A stretch of DNA of 64,000 nt from contig NW_026515669.1 in the NCBI RefSeq assembly GCF_025526975.1, positions 496,001-560,000 on the forward strand, written 5' to 3'. Both the position numbers and the translations under genes were made by a program. Each line of letters begins with the position of its first letter. Position 1 is the first letter of the stretch. Origin of the DNA: Fimicolochytrium jonesii (taxonomy: Eukaryota). The notes under the pieces are model-generated. The model worked only from the letters and a program-made list of their open reading frames with translations. It had not been told where the DNA came from and did no database searches. Shown here in pieces: positions 37,010 to 51,638 of the stretch.

Positions 37010-39820
37010 TCACCGAAACCGCTTGGTCATCTCATCCAGCTCGTGACAAGCACCAGCGTAGTCGATCGGCGCAAAAGACATGACCGATGTCTTGACTTTG
37101 GCCTCGTCCTGGAGGAGTGGTTTGTTATCACTCAATGGCTGTTTTGCACAACATGAAACGAGGACTGGAGAAGTGTGGGTGATCAAAGAGTTACCTGATA
37201 CGTCTCAGCCTTAGCCCGACACTTGAAATCAAACGACTTGAAACTCGCCTGGGCAAACACCAAATCGTACTCTGCCTGGTTGCCAGAGTCCTGCAATAAA
37301 GTAAAGTGCGTGGGGGGTGAGGGAAGTGCATTGTCAGATTCTCGTCCACAATCGTTCCGTGATTCGCAAAAGCATACCTTCAAGTGCGCCATCTCATCCG
37401 CAGTCCTGCCCAACATCGCCTCCCCGATGTCGTTGAAGCCTTGCAGCCATATTTGGCCTGTGTGATCACTGACGGTGAAGGACATGATATACCTAGTACC
37501 CCCAAACCATTTCGTTAGGCCCTACCGATCACCAGAAAATTGAAACCAGCAAAAAGGCATGTTCCTCACCTGTAAGAAGGCGCAGGCCATGTCTGGTCGC
37601 ACTTCTCGCACCGCCACCCGCTTCCAATGTCGGTGACCTTCTTGTTGCAGTTCTCCGATGGACAGGCGGGGTATGAGATGTTCTCGTTCTTAACGAACAT
37701 GACTGTTCCTCGCAGTGTGAAGTAGTCGGGCTGTGACATTGTTTCGAGGAGGCACGTCGATGAGTATGATGCAACAACGGTTTGCCGCTTTGAAGGACAT
37801 GCTAAAGGGAAACCTTTGCACACATACCTTTTCACCCATCCCAAGCCCTTCATCCTTGATCTGGGAGATATACTTCAGCGCATCCCGCTTACTCCCAGCT
37901 GCGGAAGACGACCCGCCACCGCTCGAGTAAGTCTGAAAATGCGCGTTCCGCCCCTCGGCATCATACCACCCGCGCAGGGCATGTGCCTCCGGGATATCCG
38001 GGTTAACCGACAAGGACGATGAACCCATGAGGGAGAGCGAGCGGCCGCCAAAGTCCCCCACTTTGACTCCTTTCACGGCGACTACGGGGTTGTCGTTTGC
38101 TTCAAACTGTTCGGCTTGCCGACCCCACAAAGTCATTTTGACTTCGTAGCCGGACTGATCTACGATTGTCGTGTCTCGCTTTTTGAACTTTGTAAAATAT
38201 GGAGTGTGATGAGTTTAACCCTTGGCAAAGACAAACTACACAGCCTCCTGATAGACCCTACCGGCTTCTGTGTTGTTTTGGAAATGATTTCAGACAGGTC
38301 GCCCACGTCCCTTATCACACCGATGACATCTACACAAATGAATCATCTCAGTTCTCGAACGCCCCGATGAGCATATTCAAGTATTACCAGTGATGGCATT
38401 GGAATCGATCTCATATAAAGAGCTCAAGCTCGCGAAAGTGTATCGCACTTTTGGCACGTCGCCCGTGTCTTGACACTGCCCAAGAAGAGTGAGTTGACTG
38501 CGTGCTGTGAATGGGCATCGCTGCTCCGAGACGTACCTCAGTGATGACACTTTGTTGGTCCAACGTCATCTCGTATTCATTGTTCACCTTGCTGAATTGT
38601 TTGTTGGCCGGCTTGATGGGGGCTTTGGAGATGAAGAAGACCTGTCGAGATGGGAAAGGAATGAGGGGGAGTCGACCCCGAGCCATCTATCTGGTTCTGA
38701 GCAAGCCTTACTTTGCCATCCTTAAGAAGGTCATAGAAAAGATCCACCGCCTCCTTGAAACCCGTCGCTCTAATCTCTCCCTACGGTGCCAACGTGAGCG
38801 TAATGCCACCGGCTTGTGAGGGAAATCCTCTGTGTGTACTTACGGACTCGTCAACTAGGGTGCAGCTGAACAGCTTTCCCGACCCACGGGCATTCTCCCA
38901 ATGCCTGACATCCGACTTATTGATCACGCGAGCTTTGATAGTCCACCTAGTCGATTGAAAACGGGCGATGAGCGAATTGCGGGCGTCTTCAGGCCGTTCG
39001 TCGCCACCCACTTATTCTGATACGGGTTTAAACTCTTGATCGGGAAAATCGGAACCTCCCCACCGCCACCTCCGTAGCCTCCCGCGCCAGCCCCGTGCTG
39101 CTGGTTTCCAAACCCGCTGCCTGATCCACCGTATTGTTGCTGCTGAGGCCCGCGAGCGTTGCTGTTGGAAGCTACGGGTGTCGGATACGTGTTCTGTGCC
39201 TGTGCCGGTCCGTGGGGGTTACCCGCAGGCCCGTCGGCGCTGAGCCCCAATCCTACGGGTGACCCTTGCTTCGGGTACTCCGCAAATGGTGTCAAGACTT
39301 CCATTTGCAGAATGATAATGATCCTGTAAAGAGTTCGTAGCTTTGAGCAAAGTCCTGCATAGTAGTAGGGCTGTTATTTGCCGGTGCTTACCGTTTTTGC
39401 GCAACGGTATTGCAGAGATATCGTTTCAATTTGATGACTCCATATTTTTTGAGCTCTTGCGAGGTTACGTATCCGTTGAGCTGTGTTGCAAGCATAGCTA
39501 TGATGAAGCGGTCAGTTGAAGCTCTCGGCCACTTTCGAGCGGGTCCAACACACCTTGCATAAAGTGAACTCCGTCCGAAATTATGAGTCTGCAACCGTCC
39601 GATCGTTAGGGGTATCGAGCTCAGCAATTGTCCGGAATGGCTCCCTAGGACAAGCCACTCACCTCCATCTATCCGGCCCACCGCTGCCGCCCGCCGGCGT
39701 CTGTATCTGCTTGATATTCAATATCTGGACGGTCGCTTCCGGGTAGCTTGTTGGAGCTGCCTGAGTTTCACCGTAGGCCGCCTGAAGGCATCCTTGCGTG
39801 AGCTGAAACGAGTGTGCCAT
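37010..39820 (-). CDS. RFA1: Replication protein A 70 kDa subunit, multi-exon
   Basis: [67 protein letters not shown]...CNKKV...[14 protein letters not shown]. Confidence 0.97.
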
Positions 39821-40176
39821 CTTGAGTTGTGCTCCGACTGAGGGCTTCGCTCGCTATTCTTTTCCTGGGTCCTTGCTGATCTACCTACTGTACTCTTTGA
39901 TAGGTCGGAGTCTGTGGAGAGAAATGGCTTTCCACTTGAGCTCCCAAAAATCGAGGACGAGCTGTCCGAATTGTGACACGCACGCGAATATATTATCAAC
40001 ACAGCCACCCCCGACTGCGAGCTCAGTTTCGCATACCGTAAGGTAGAACGAGTCCGCGAATGCATCGACATTCGATAGGAAATGGGGAAAAAAGACTTTC
40101 GAGTTACAGATTATGTGGGTGCCGACCGTAATGTGCGTCTATATAAATGATGATTGCATATGTCGGTGTCCTGGTA

Positions 40177-41025
40177 TTATGCCGCCTCATGTGCGGCTTC
40201 TGATGGCCCAAAGACCCTCTCCCATATGCGCTGCGCTCCCATCCGAGCCCTATCGAATACCGCCGATGGACTGTCAAGCGCCGGCCTCACGTCACAGTTG
40301 AAGGCGGGAACCCCTGGCTCTTCGTCCGGTGCAGAGTAGTAATCAATGACATATCGGACATCCTCTCCGCATCTATCTATGGTCCAGTCGTGACGATCGA
40401 ACGGTTTCTCCACCCTAGAATTGAGAGTTGCAACTCAGCACCTGTCATGAACGGCAAAGCCTGCCTTAACACTGATCGATGCTTACCCAAACCAACTATA
40501 CATCCGCGCCTTCGGAGTCAGATCTTGTGGCCTCCCTTGGAACTTCTTCAGCTTAAGATCCTTGCAATCGCAGTGGAACTTCTTCTCCCACTTTTGCACC
40601 TCCCCCCAACACGCCTCGTTCAGGAAGTTGTGAATATCCACCATAGTCGGCACTTCGGCCTCGGGGGTCTCGTAACCCTTCCGTACAAGCGCGTTGTAGA
40701 ACTGTTGGGGCGATGGGTAGTCCCATGTTTCGTTCACATCTGGTCGTGGGATACTCGACTGTGTTCGAGATGTCGAGAGGACTGTGCGTTGAGAAGCGGA
40801 TAGCGGGTGTTGGGATAGGTTTGGCATCATGTTCAAAGGGTTGAGGGAGTCGGATGGTGTAGGAGGATGACCAGCGGGCTTGCTGGCACTGCCGCCATGG
40901 TCGACAGGACAGCCTCCCTTGCTATCTGAGCTTCCCTTCTGGCCGCCAGCGACCTTCACAAAGGAACTGTGGTCTACTGGGCACTTGTCCCCGGCCGAGA
41001 CATCGCCGTTTGCTGAGGGTCCCAT
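40177..41025 (-). CDS. Holocytochrome c synthase (cytochrome c/c1 heme lyase), 2 exons
   Basis: Two CPVDH heme-regulatory motifs, WDYPSPQQFYNALVRKG, HNFLNEACW, PFDRHDW, RYVIDYY, DVRPALDS. Confidence 0.96.
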
Positions 41026-41475
41026 TGCGTAGTGATGAATAGTGACTTGCGCTGCGTTGCTATTGTTTAGACGACCTGATTAACCTGGCGGTTCAGTAGC
41101 TCGCTATATTCGTCGTATCTAAGGGTTCTCTTCCTGCGGTTCCGCTCAAGTTGCTTTGCAAAACGAAACGCCGAAATCGACAGAGGGCTGGAAAATCCGA
41201 GCGGAAGTTCAGACAAACACGACGTCTTCCGAATCGATTGCTCGCGTGGTGCTCACGTGACCTCGTGGGTTCGCGCACCTTCGCACCTTTGGGGTTCCCT
41301 GACTAGTTGGTCACCGCTTTGACTTTTAGCAATTCTGGCCATCTTCCCACCGGCAACAAGACGTTGAACCGAGGACGTTGGCCAAGGTCAGGAAGGCAAG
41401 GGATATATCGAAACCTTACCACGACGGTCCAGCCGGGAAGGAAGAGCCTCGAAAAACGCAGAAAGTTGCGGCACC

Positions 41476-43750
41476 ATGAGTCGGCCGCAAAGAGCAGTCC
41501 GCTCGCAGCGATCGAGGAGGCGACCTATAACCGCAGGGCTACTGTTGGCGTTGGGGGCTCTCTCGTGTGTGTCCGCGAACGCGCAAGCGAACTCCGGTGA
41601 AAGCTATAAGGAAACACTGCGCGTGTCGCAAGGGTACGATGGGAAAGTAGTGGCAGAGTTCGCGTTCAACCGGAAGATAGGGCCTTTGGCGTTGGCTAAA
41701 GCAGAAGGTTAGAGGATAGAGTGGGATGATACGAGGCTTTGGTGCTGTCGGTTCTGACGGCTGATTTTTGGATGAACAGACAACCAATACGGACTGTTGC
41801 CGCGATCCATCGGAGAAGTCGTGCAGACGTATGGGGTGCAGGAGTTTCATTTGACGTTCTCGCAAGGGAACTGGAATTCTGCCAAATGGGGATACTCGTC
41901 TCTCGCCTCTGCGACCGGTGTTGAGTTGTGGACATGGTTTAACACCACGGCGAAGTACGTTATACCAGTCGTACGACTGTGATTTGGAAGGGCCGCTGGA
42001 AGTCCTTCGGGCTAAGAGACTTTTCATCAGCATAGATACGCAGTGGAAAGGTCTCACCCATGCGTTGGCTGGACTGTTCTGCGCGTCGCTGAATCAGATT
42101 GATCAGGCATCTACGGCTCAGCCGTTACTGTCATTCCAACCGGAAGGCGAGTACCCTTCAAATCCAAAAGCAGGTGTGTGTGCTACTCGGAGTGCCGATA
42201 GTTCTCACCGCCAGCAGCCAACTCACAGAGGTCGAATTGAAGGCGAAGGGTCGGATTTGCACGTTCGCTATGGACACTTGCCCCATGAGGCTGTTTGCAC
42301 CGAGAACCTCACACCATGGGGCAAGCTGCTCCCATGTCAAACAAAAGCTGGACTGGCAAGCCTGTTCAATGCCTACCGGTTGTTTGATGGAAGCTACCAC
42401 TCGATGGGTACACATCTACGACCATTATGCATGGTGCGTACGGTCGCCTAATCCCTGCCTAGTGAAAGACGACCTTAGGCTGACGACCGCTTTGCATCGC
42501 ATCGCAGAATGAGGCGTGTACAGAGCGTGGTCTGGAGTTTTCCCAGACTTTACTCGTGGTTCTAGACCCCATCCGCTTTGAGAACAGAAAAGGTGGCTTC
42601 CTGTCGTTATCGGGTTTCCCCTGCGACCACTCACTCTCCGTAAACACACAGACTGGACCTTCAGCAGTCTCTTCGAACGGACAGTACCGTCCACGTGCGC
42701 ATTGGCTGATGAGACCGACGTGCAGGTCACGGTCCCTAGCCATCCCGCGGTTACGTTCACTCCAGAACCCAAGAGAATCGTCAATGGGTACACTGGATAT
42801 ATCACAGCCCACTATTTACTCGACCAAAGTGAGTAGGACGGACGTCGTCTCAGGCCCATGGCAGCACTGACATTCTCTTTCAACCTCGCCCTCCAGGATC
42901 GTCACCAACTTTTGACCTCGGTATTCACTGGTCGGATACGGCGGTGTCTTTTGGTGAGCCTTGAGCCTTGATCATCGCGAAACTTTAAACTCAGTGGTGA
43001 TATTTACACAACGGATCATCCGCAGGCTTTAATCGCAATGACACCTACATCCGAGCGCATCGATATGGAACCGGCTATGGCGGCGAACGTGGAGGACTGG
43101 CCGTCGACCTGATAAATGATCATCCCGACAATGATCAGGATATCACCTTGTTCGACGCTGTGCCATGGTACCTCAAGTTGTACCTACATACTTTGCGCAC
43201 GGAGACAACAGCCGGGAATGGTGCAGGTATGTGGCTTCTCACTCGCTGCTTAAATGCTTGATTATTGACAATATCGATGCCGGCCTCAGATATCGTAAAG
43301 GATCTTTTCTTCCAGCCGGCGATTGACCGTGGACGCCCCGCTGTCCTTGAGATGGCCATGACGTTACCCGCAAACAGCACGACAACGCTATACATTGACT
43401 TTGACAAAGCGTTCATCAAGTACACGGAACATCCACCAGACGCGAATCGCGGTTTCGATATCGGGTAAGTCATCTGGTCGCACGGTACTCGGCCTCCTCG
43501 ACGTGCATCTCACACTCTTGATTACAGGGCTGCCATCATAACGTTCACTACCCCATCCGGCGAAGACGGGGATGTTCAAGGCAAAACACACCGAATATAT
43601 ACTGAGAGCGTGCTCGTCAGCCTCCCGACGCCGGATTTCAGTATGCCTTACAACGTCATCACCCTGACGTGCACCGTCATGGCGCTGTGGTTTGGCAGTA
43701 TGTTCAATTTGTTGACGAGACGGTATGAGCCGTTGGTGATCAAGGATTAA
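41476..43750 (+). CDS. GPI16: GPI transamidase subunit Gpi16/PIG-T, multi-exon
   Basis: Signal peptide, [65 protein letters not shown]. Confidence 0.96.
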
Positions 43751-43918
43751 TATTACTCGTTCCGTCATCGCACATGGGAGATCTTTGCTTCATGGCCCAC
43801 TTATGTTATCATCTAAGCTGAGAGCGGCAGCAGTAGTCTGCGATTCTATCTACATCGTATCTATGCGATCTTCGTTGTGCGATCAACATCTCTCCATTAG
43901 GTAGCCAGGAGTCTCTAT

Positions 43919-45499
43919 TCATGTAGTCTTCTTCTTTGGCACGCCACTCTGGGAGTATACAGCAGTGCCGAGAAACACCGCCGCTGTTCCGAGCCAGTGG
44001 CCTAGTGTGAACTCGTTGTCGAATACGAGGATTGATATCACGAGGCTCACAAACTTTCGCACGTTTAGTATCTGCAAAAACGATGGTCAGCACGGATGGA
44101 TGCGAAGAGTAATGATGAGGCAGGCAATACATAGACCGACCAGATTCAGTGTGACGGCGGAAGCCATGGAGCTGAGCCGATGTACTCCAGCTATGCAGAC
44201 ATCTGAAGATATGGAAGTGAGAAGCTGCATCCCACATTCCGAGGGCCCCTCATACGCATGATTTCGGATGCTTACACTGGGTAATGGTATTCAGCGCCAA
44301 ATAAGCCCACAACCTCGGGACTTTCACATCCTCCCATATCGCACCCACCCCTCCTATCGCACTCCCAAGCACCCCGCCCTTCCCTCCAAGCATATCCATA
44401 TTCTCCACCGGCCCAAGCATACCCAGCACAGGCTCCAGCACAGGTACGAGCGGTGACTCATTGTACACCGCCATTTGCTGCCTGAGGTCGCTATAGAACA
44501 GCACGAAAGCGGGCAATCCCAGGAAATGCGTGTAGAACAAGCCCTCGCGCCATGCCCGTCCGTACTTTGCATAGGTGGTTTGTTGCAGCTGTCCAAGGAA
44601 ACAGGAGAGGATGAGAGCGAGGGAGAGAATGCCGAGACCGGCTATCCATTCTGATAGAGGGGTGGCGGGGACGGCGGAATCCGCGTTGGATTTGGAGGGA
44701 GCTGCGACGGCTGAGCTGTAGGTGGATATAAGCACGCCGATGGAGACCAGGGCGACGCCAGCTACTTGTTGTTGTGAGAAGCTGCCGGAGGAAAGGTATC
44801 AGCGACCGTTGCATCGATCGATCTCACGCGTCGGGGCACTGACCTTTTCCCGAACAGCGCCCAGCCGATCAACTAGAAGGGAGATGATTACTTTCTGGAG
44901 CAGGGATCAAAGAGAGCCAACATGCACATCCTCCATCTGTCTCCGTTCCATACCATGCTAACAAACAGCCCCAACGATCTAAACACGATATGCAAGGGCA
45001 TTTCTATTCGAAAGCCTAACGCATAGTTGTTCAAGATCGACACCGTCCAGAACAGCGTCACCATCGCTATCCAGTACTTCAGTGGAATGACCCTCTTCTT
45101 CAGCCCTAATGGGAATCCTGAAGACCCGGACCGCCATTCAAGGTGTTGAAAAAGCCCTTCGACAGCAACGACGAGAAACTGGGCGAACGTTATGAGGTTC
45201 CCACTCTTCGGTTGGCTCCTATTCCGTTATAAAACTCCTTCGTCAGTGGCCTGCTTCCCTCCTGCAACCCACCCGCTTCGGCGACGCACTTTACTAGTAG
45301 TTCGAGGGTCCACACGTTCGAACAACACCTGAAACAGAACGCATACGCTTTAGACGCATGGGACGACATGGCTTCATTGAAAGCGCAGAGCTTACCCTCC
45401 AAAGATCAGGGCGGCAACCAGCACCCATTCCCGCAGGAATATGCGACCGACCGCCGCTGCTTGGGCCTGCGTTGGACGAGCCTTCACCGCTGTGGACAT
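43919..45499 (-). CDS. YEA4: UDP-GlcNAc/UDP-xylose transporter (Yea4/SLC35B4), multi-exon
   Basis: LIFGG/CCSNVWTLE, ITFAQF, LNNYALGF.I..PLHIVFRS, WREGLFYTHFLGLP, RKFVSLVIS. Confidence 0.93.
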
Positions 45500-45779
45500 G
45501 GGACCGCGCGCGTAGGTGCGATTGTGAGTTTCCAGGAAGCGTCGTGAACGTCCCGCGGCGACTGACGCCTTTTTGACGCGTTTTCTCGTTGCCGTCAGTC
45601 GAACTTGAGGTCCGACTTGCAGAGAAACCCCTCAGCCTCAAGGACGGCAAACAATCAGAGGACTTGACTATCAGGCTTATCAGGACCTCCTGGTTGAGGT
45701 GGCAACAAAGCCCTCTGCAAAAGCTACACTACAGTCCGTGTACGGCATCCGAAACAACTCGAAACAGGACTTTGCCGAA

Positions 45780-48408
45780 ATGACGACCGACGCCATGGAA
45801 GACGACGGTCGCCGCCGACAACTCTCTAAATGCCTAGACCTGCTCTCACCCGGCCGAAAGGACGAAGAAAAGTTCGTCGGCTTGTTGATGATACCCAAAC
45901 TGGTCAACCCGGAGACGGACAAAGATGCGTTTCGAATGTGCTTCGAGCACATGGACTGGAACTTTGTTGACAGGCTGTTGACGTCTGGTAGGCTTTTGGG
46001 TGGTGGGACGAGACAGGGTAGAGGCTGGGGCAACTGAACAAATATGTTGCTTTTCAGAGGGGACGGAAGAGATGCCTGGGGATACGTTGAAAGGCCTGGC
46101 GCTGAACATTATCCAAGTGTTTGGTTCGGAGGCGGACTTCAGGAACCGGCCAGGTGCGTGTCGAATTTTGTTTTGGCTACGCTCACAAATTTACCAATTG
46201 ATCCTTCCTCTAGAACTCACGTCTAGGATACCGTCCCTGGCGAAGCTGCTGGACAGGTTAGTCGCCGTTTTGCCTGAATCTATCACCGTTCAACGAGGAT
46301 GTCGGCTGACTAGTAACATTCCAGCCGCGATATGTCGGAGTTCAAGCGTCCCGTCATGGAATGTCTGTATTTCTTCGCAGACTCAGAGGAAGGAGCGACA
46401 CAGCTGCAAGATCTAGATACTTTGAGACGGATCTATTCCGCGATGTCTGATGGACCAGAGGATGGTGAGCTATTACAGCATTGCCACCGAATGCCATCAA
46501 GTAGGGGTTTGCTGACCTTCCCCTCGATTAATAGCATCGGTGGTGGCATTTCATCTTTTCGAGCAACTATACCGCACCGTGCATTCGCGAGGGGAGTTCT
46601 TTAACGATGCAAACACCGCATTCAGGGAGGGGTTCCTGGACATGATTGCAACAACTTTCGCGACGGTCGACACCCATCTCAAGTTCGAGTGCGGGCGCTT
46701 GCTGATGGAAATCTTTGCGGACCATGTGAGTCGTTTGTAGCTCTTTGCACACATCCCTTCGGGTGGAATGTTGACTTAATTCGGGACGTTCGAACCAGGA
46801 TCTGAAACCAATGAACGGGCCCGTGTCTAACTGGGCGTTGGAATTGCGGAAGGGAATCATGACCATCTTAACGAGCAAGATAGGCTCCCAGCAACGGGAC
46901 ATGGCGCTCATGCTCAGTTCGGCATTGTGCCGACAGTACGGTGCCCGCTGGATTCTACAGGGACCAGGAAACAGCAAAGGAAAGGCGAGAGAAGGATCTG
47001 CGGTCGATTTGTCCCCGGCGCAGACCGCAACTATCCTCATCCACCTTGCGGGGGGTGAACTGCGGTTACTGCTAGACGATGCACCAACGTCGGAGATCCC
47101 CGATCCTGCGTCGAGGGCATGTCAGATTGTTCCGATCTGTGCGGAGATTGTGGAAACGCTGATTCGCGGCCTGATTGGGGAAAGTGAGGAAGCGAGCGTC
47201 AGTTTACCGCTTGAGACGGTGGAGTCGATCAGACAGTCGTTGCATGAGACGATGGAGTCTGTCAGGGCTTACTTGATTGATGTGCAGGTATGCCAATGGG
47301 GGATGTCCACACACTGCGGATGTCAGGCGGTTGACCAAAGCGTTTCTTCGTAGATACATTGCGATTACGTTAAAAACGTGCATAGCCTGGACACACTCGT
47401 CACCGCGTCCTGCCTGCGACTGCTAGCCACATGGCTCGCCGAAGACGATACCATGTCGACCAAGGAGATTCGGCAGGTCGTGCCTGTCCTCGTATCCGCG
47501 GGACGGATCCGGTAAAGACAAGTGTTCGCCCATCCTAACAAACACCAGATCATCTCCCCTAACATCACCATTCAACTCACCATACAGACTCGAATGCCTG
47601 AATCTCCACCCCATCCAATTCCTGGGCCCCGCCCTACTAAACATCACAGCCGATCCCGCCATCCGCGACGCCTTCATCTCCTCCGGCGGCTGCCGCATGC
47701 TCATCGACGTATGGTCGTCTCAATCGGGCCCATCACCATTCTCCTTATCGATAGTCGGCACGCTACTCAACGTTGTGGCGACGAAAGATGAGGTGGTGAA
47801 GAGTGATGATCAGATTGTGCGGAGCTTGGATTTGTTTGGGAGGGATGTGGAGGGGTTGGACCCGGCTGCGAAGACAACGACGGATGAGGATTTGCAGTTG
47901 GTGGCGCATTATGTCGCGTATGCGTTGATTGTTTGTAGGAGTTTGTCTCCGAATCAGTTGAAGGGCGCTCAGCATCTTGCGAAGGGGATAATCGACGTCT
48001 CCGCCAAATTCCTGCTGCGGGGTCTCGAGCTGGAGGGCGGGAAGAGCAAAGCAGGGTGGGAGGAGTTGAAGGAGCTTTGGCTGATTTCGTGCTCAGGTAT
48101 CCTGGACGTGAGAGAAAGGGTGGGGCGGTGGTGGATGGTGGGCAGTGATGTTGATATGCGCGATCCTTTGTTCCAGCGTTCACGGCATGTACGAGACCAA
48201 TACCCAAAGATCACGAGATCCGTCGGCTTGAGAGCGTGCAGGCTTTGCAAAAGCTAAGTCAAAGTGAGTCGATGAGCCTACACTGTTCAAGCCCGATGCT
48301 TTGGTCTTACGCATATCAATGTTCCTTGCCCTTGCAGAGTCAGGCATATTGGACCCCGAAGCAAGAGAGGCACTAGGGCACTGGCACGAGTTGTTCCTTG
48401 CAAAGTAG
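45780..48408 (+). CDS. Neurochondrin-like ARM-repeat protein, multi-exon
   Basis: CLDLL...DEEKFVGLLMIPKL, FVDRLL, LRKGIMTILTSKIG..QRDMAL.L, RLLATWLAEDD. Confidence 0.85.
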
Positions 48409-49093
48409 CATCTGTTCACTGTCACAGCATCGTCCTAAATGCATGACGCTTGTCGGCACCATCACAAAGTCCCAAGCTCATGATTAGCGAGTTCGGCGGC
48501 CACCGTGCAAAGGAATGAGCGAAGCGGATCTCATCCGCCACTGCGCTCGCGATGAGGCACCAGTAGTCATCGACATCGCGAAGACTCTGAATGCATCCAT
48601 ATCCCCGGCCCGACCTCGCCCGCATCTGAACGATCTCTTCCCTCCTCCAACTATGGCGTCTCCCGTGGCCCTGCCTCCTCCCACGTCGGCCGCTCCGTCT
48701 ACACCCAAGGACCCCGTGCGACGGCCAGGACCTCGACCATGTAGATTGCCGCCGTCCTCTCCCTCCACGAAACGAATTACAATCGAATTAGCACGGGTGG
48801 ATTACTCCCGCAGCAGGGAAATCATCCTGTTGTCGTTTGGTGCTGTAAGGAAAGGGTGGAGTTTACTGAAGCTATATTAGCGTTCGTAGTAGTAGTGAAC
48901 TACACGGCGTAGGGTACAAAGCATATGCGCGGGCAACTGGGAAACAAACTAGAAAAGCTGGTAGCCCTTCGATATTAAAAGAATTTGGAGCGAGCAGGTG
49001 AAAAAAATGGAACGCCTACACGGCTACTTCTAAAACACGTTTGAGCAAAATAAAATTCGGGCCAAGGGTAATGAGAACGCTAGATTGTTTGTT

Positions 49094-50243
49094 TTACTTG
49101 ACCTTCTTAGTCTTCGACGCCTTCCACTCCCCAATCGCGTGTTTGATACGGGAGTCGAGGCGCTCTTGGAGTTGTGGGCGGTAGCCTAGAGTGAAGAGCA
49201 TCTCGACCCAGACGAAGAATGGCGCGAGGACGAGTGCTGTGTGGGATTAGAAGCACGATTAGCATGTCTCGGGCGGCATATTACGCGCATGGGCAATACG
49301 GTACTCACCTTGGAAGAAGTTATCCAGCAAGGCGGGCGCGCGTCCCTCGATGAGGCCGTGGCTCACTATTCAAGAAGGATCATCGTTCCATCAGAAGAAG
49401 CACAAACCACGAGGCAAGTCGACGTTCGACATTCCCATCGAGCTACTTACAGAATTGGGCAATCCAGCTGCTGGCGTGAATGGCGACGGCAGCGATCTGC
49501 GGAGAAACCTGTTGGGAGAGAGCATCGGTGAGCTCGATCAAATCAAGTAGATGGTATGGGACCGCTCACGAGACTTACATCAAACACTTGATCCTTAGCC
49601 GCGAAGGTGTTGGCGTAATGCAGGAGACCGAACAGAACGGGGGCATACAAAGTCTAACGGAGGGAAACGTAAGATGACACTTTTCGGAGACACGCGCTCG
49701 GCCGGCAAGGCAAAGGCAATCTGCTCCTCTCCCAAACTTACGCCAGCAACAGGATCCAACACGATGTAATAGATGTTGTAAACCGCCGTCACGATGAAAG
49801 CGGCGTTCAAAGGCCACAGGTAGGTGAACGCCCACTCTCCAAAGGTTGGCGTTTGTGTGAGCTGTGGGTGGGAAAACGGGCAGAGGATTGAGTTAGGGAC
49901 TTGATTTGGGGTAGGTTAGACAGTATGACTCCCAGCAAATGCATACCCAAACTTGGACAGTCCACAGAATCGTGGGGACAAACACGAAGTGAACAAGCTG
50001 GTTTCTGTTTTCGAGTGGGATTTACGATCGTTCTCGTCAGTCATTTCCTACGTTTCACTGCTTGTCACTCTATCCGGCGGTGGACTCGCTTACAGTTTAG
50101 CATGGTGATCTATGGCCCAGGGACGAAGTGCGGAGTTAGGTAGGTCCAACATTCCTGCACGTCAAAAGAAAGCCCCAGATAGGGGGAAACCACGTACATT
50201 GGCCATACTGGAGGAGCTGGTCCTCGAAGTTGAAGATGCCCAT
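49094..50243 (-). CDS. MPO1: Mpo1/DUF962 family ER membrane protein (2-hydroxy fatty acid dioxygenase), about 8 exons
   Basis: Spliced MGIFNFEDQLLQYGQYHHAKLNQLVHFVFVPTILW, SWIAQFLSHGLIEGRAPALLDNFFQALVLAPFFVWVE.LF.LGY. Confidence 0.92.
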
Positions 50244-51638
50244 GGCCACGAGTCAGAATACGCGACGGCTGAGAGTGCAGTCTAAAGCAACGAGTTCGGA
50301 AGGGCGACTGCGAGTAGCGAGCGAGCGAGCGAAGCGGGTATGAACTTGTAGAGTGTTGCAACTTGTGCGGGGGGCTCGATTGGGCGAGACTGTTGCAAGT
50401 TGGTGCTGCGGGCGGCCAACGTCCTTTGTTGCAGTTTGTTCCCAGCCAGTTGCGACCGGCCGCTCGTCTTGTCATATTCGCAGATGTTCGCCGCGTCCGA
50501 GGGAGCACAGCGTGACCCTCCGCTTTTCGATTTGCGGCGAGTTCATAACTTTGAGGGTTCTCCCTCTTCACATCCATAAACTAACTTTGACCGTAAATAC
50601 GCAACCTGCCCTTCGAGCTATTGGCAGCGTAACATAGAAGGACAGCTTGGCTAGCGGGATCTGAAGGACCTCATCATTGAGCTAGTGGTAGGCGTTTGAC
50701 TTCCAAGCATCTGGGCTCATGATGGCAGAAACGCCGGAAGCTTTCCACAGGGAACCGTTTTGACGCAGATCGTTGCTCGAGAATTATTCTAATAATATCT
50801 GGACGATTGCCTCGGTTCCCTCGTTTTATTGCGGCCACACTATCCACCGGCACTGACAATGAAAACAATCAGTTTCACGTACTTTGGATAGCAGCAAGTC
50901 AACGAGACCGGGTCAGAATAGGTCGTTTGGCATGCGGAGTCGATAGCAGGCCTCCCCGAGAGAAACCTCAAATGGAACACTCCTTGCCTGTTTCAATGTA
51001 TGATAGCCGCTGACTTTCAGCAACATGTAGCAAACCTCCGCAAGCCATCCCTTGCTCAGTCACCATTCCTCTCTCGACCGATTGATGGTTATGTATGGAC
51101 CCTTCAAGCAGAAATGAGTCGGGTCAATGGCACCGCAGTGGCACCGTGCCGACACCCCCGGCGATTTGCGCAGCGGCATGCGCCAGCACCGAGGCATGTG
51201 TCAGAGGCTCACAAGCATCCCCAGCCCCAGGCCCCACAGATCCTGCCATGGCAGGTTCCCTAGACCTATATAATAATAGAGCCATGCCAAGTCAATTCCG
51301 GACATGGGAATACAACTTGCCAAGTTCCGATGGTAAGGAATCAGGCCCATCCATCTCCACGTTTTCGCACCGAAATCTCCTCTCCTGCTCTGCGATGGTT
51401 TCCTTTTGACGCGCGGGTCCTCCTTCAGTGGTGACGCACGCGCGCAGACACGCAGAGTCGCAGACCCGATGAGATTAGATATGGGGTTTCCCACCATTTT
51501 CCTCGCATATGTATATCTCGGCAAAGAACGCTGGGAACCCTCCCTCTGAAACATAGGCCACTTCATACATACACATAGGTCTTCAAGAAGAGTGCCGCCT
51601 CACCCTCGCAAAACCTCAGGCACTCGCCGAACTTCACT

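Noticed and set aside
48097..48176. Neurochondrin intron starting GTATCCTG, resembling a U12-type donor
   Set aside because: It deviates from GTATCCTT and has no TCCTTAAC-type branch site, so it is treated as U2-type
48515..48880. 121-aa Pro-rich ORF between neurochondrin and MPO1
   Set aside because: No homology signal, and it lies in convergent 3' UTR space
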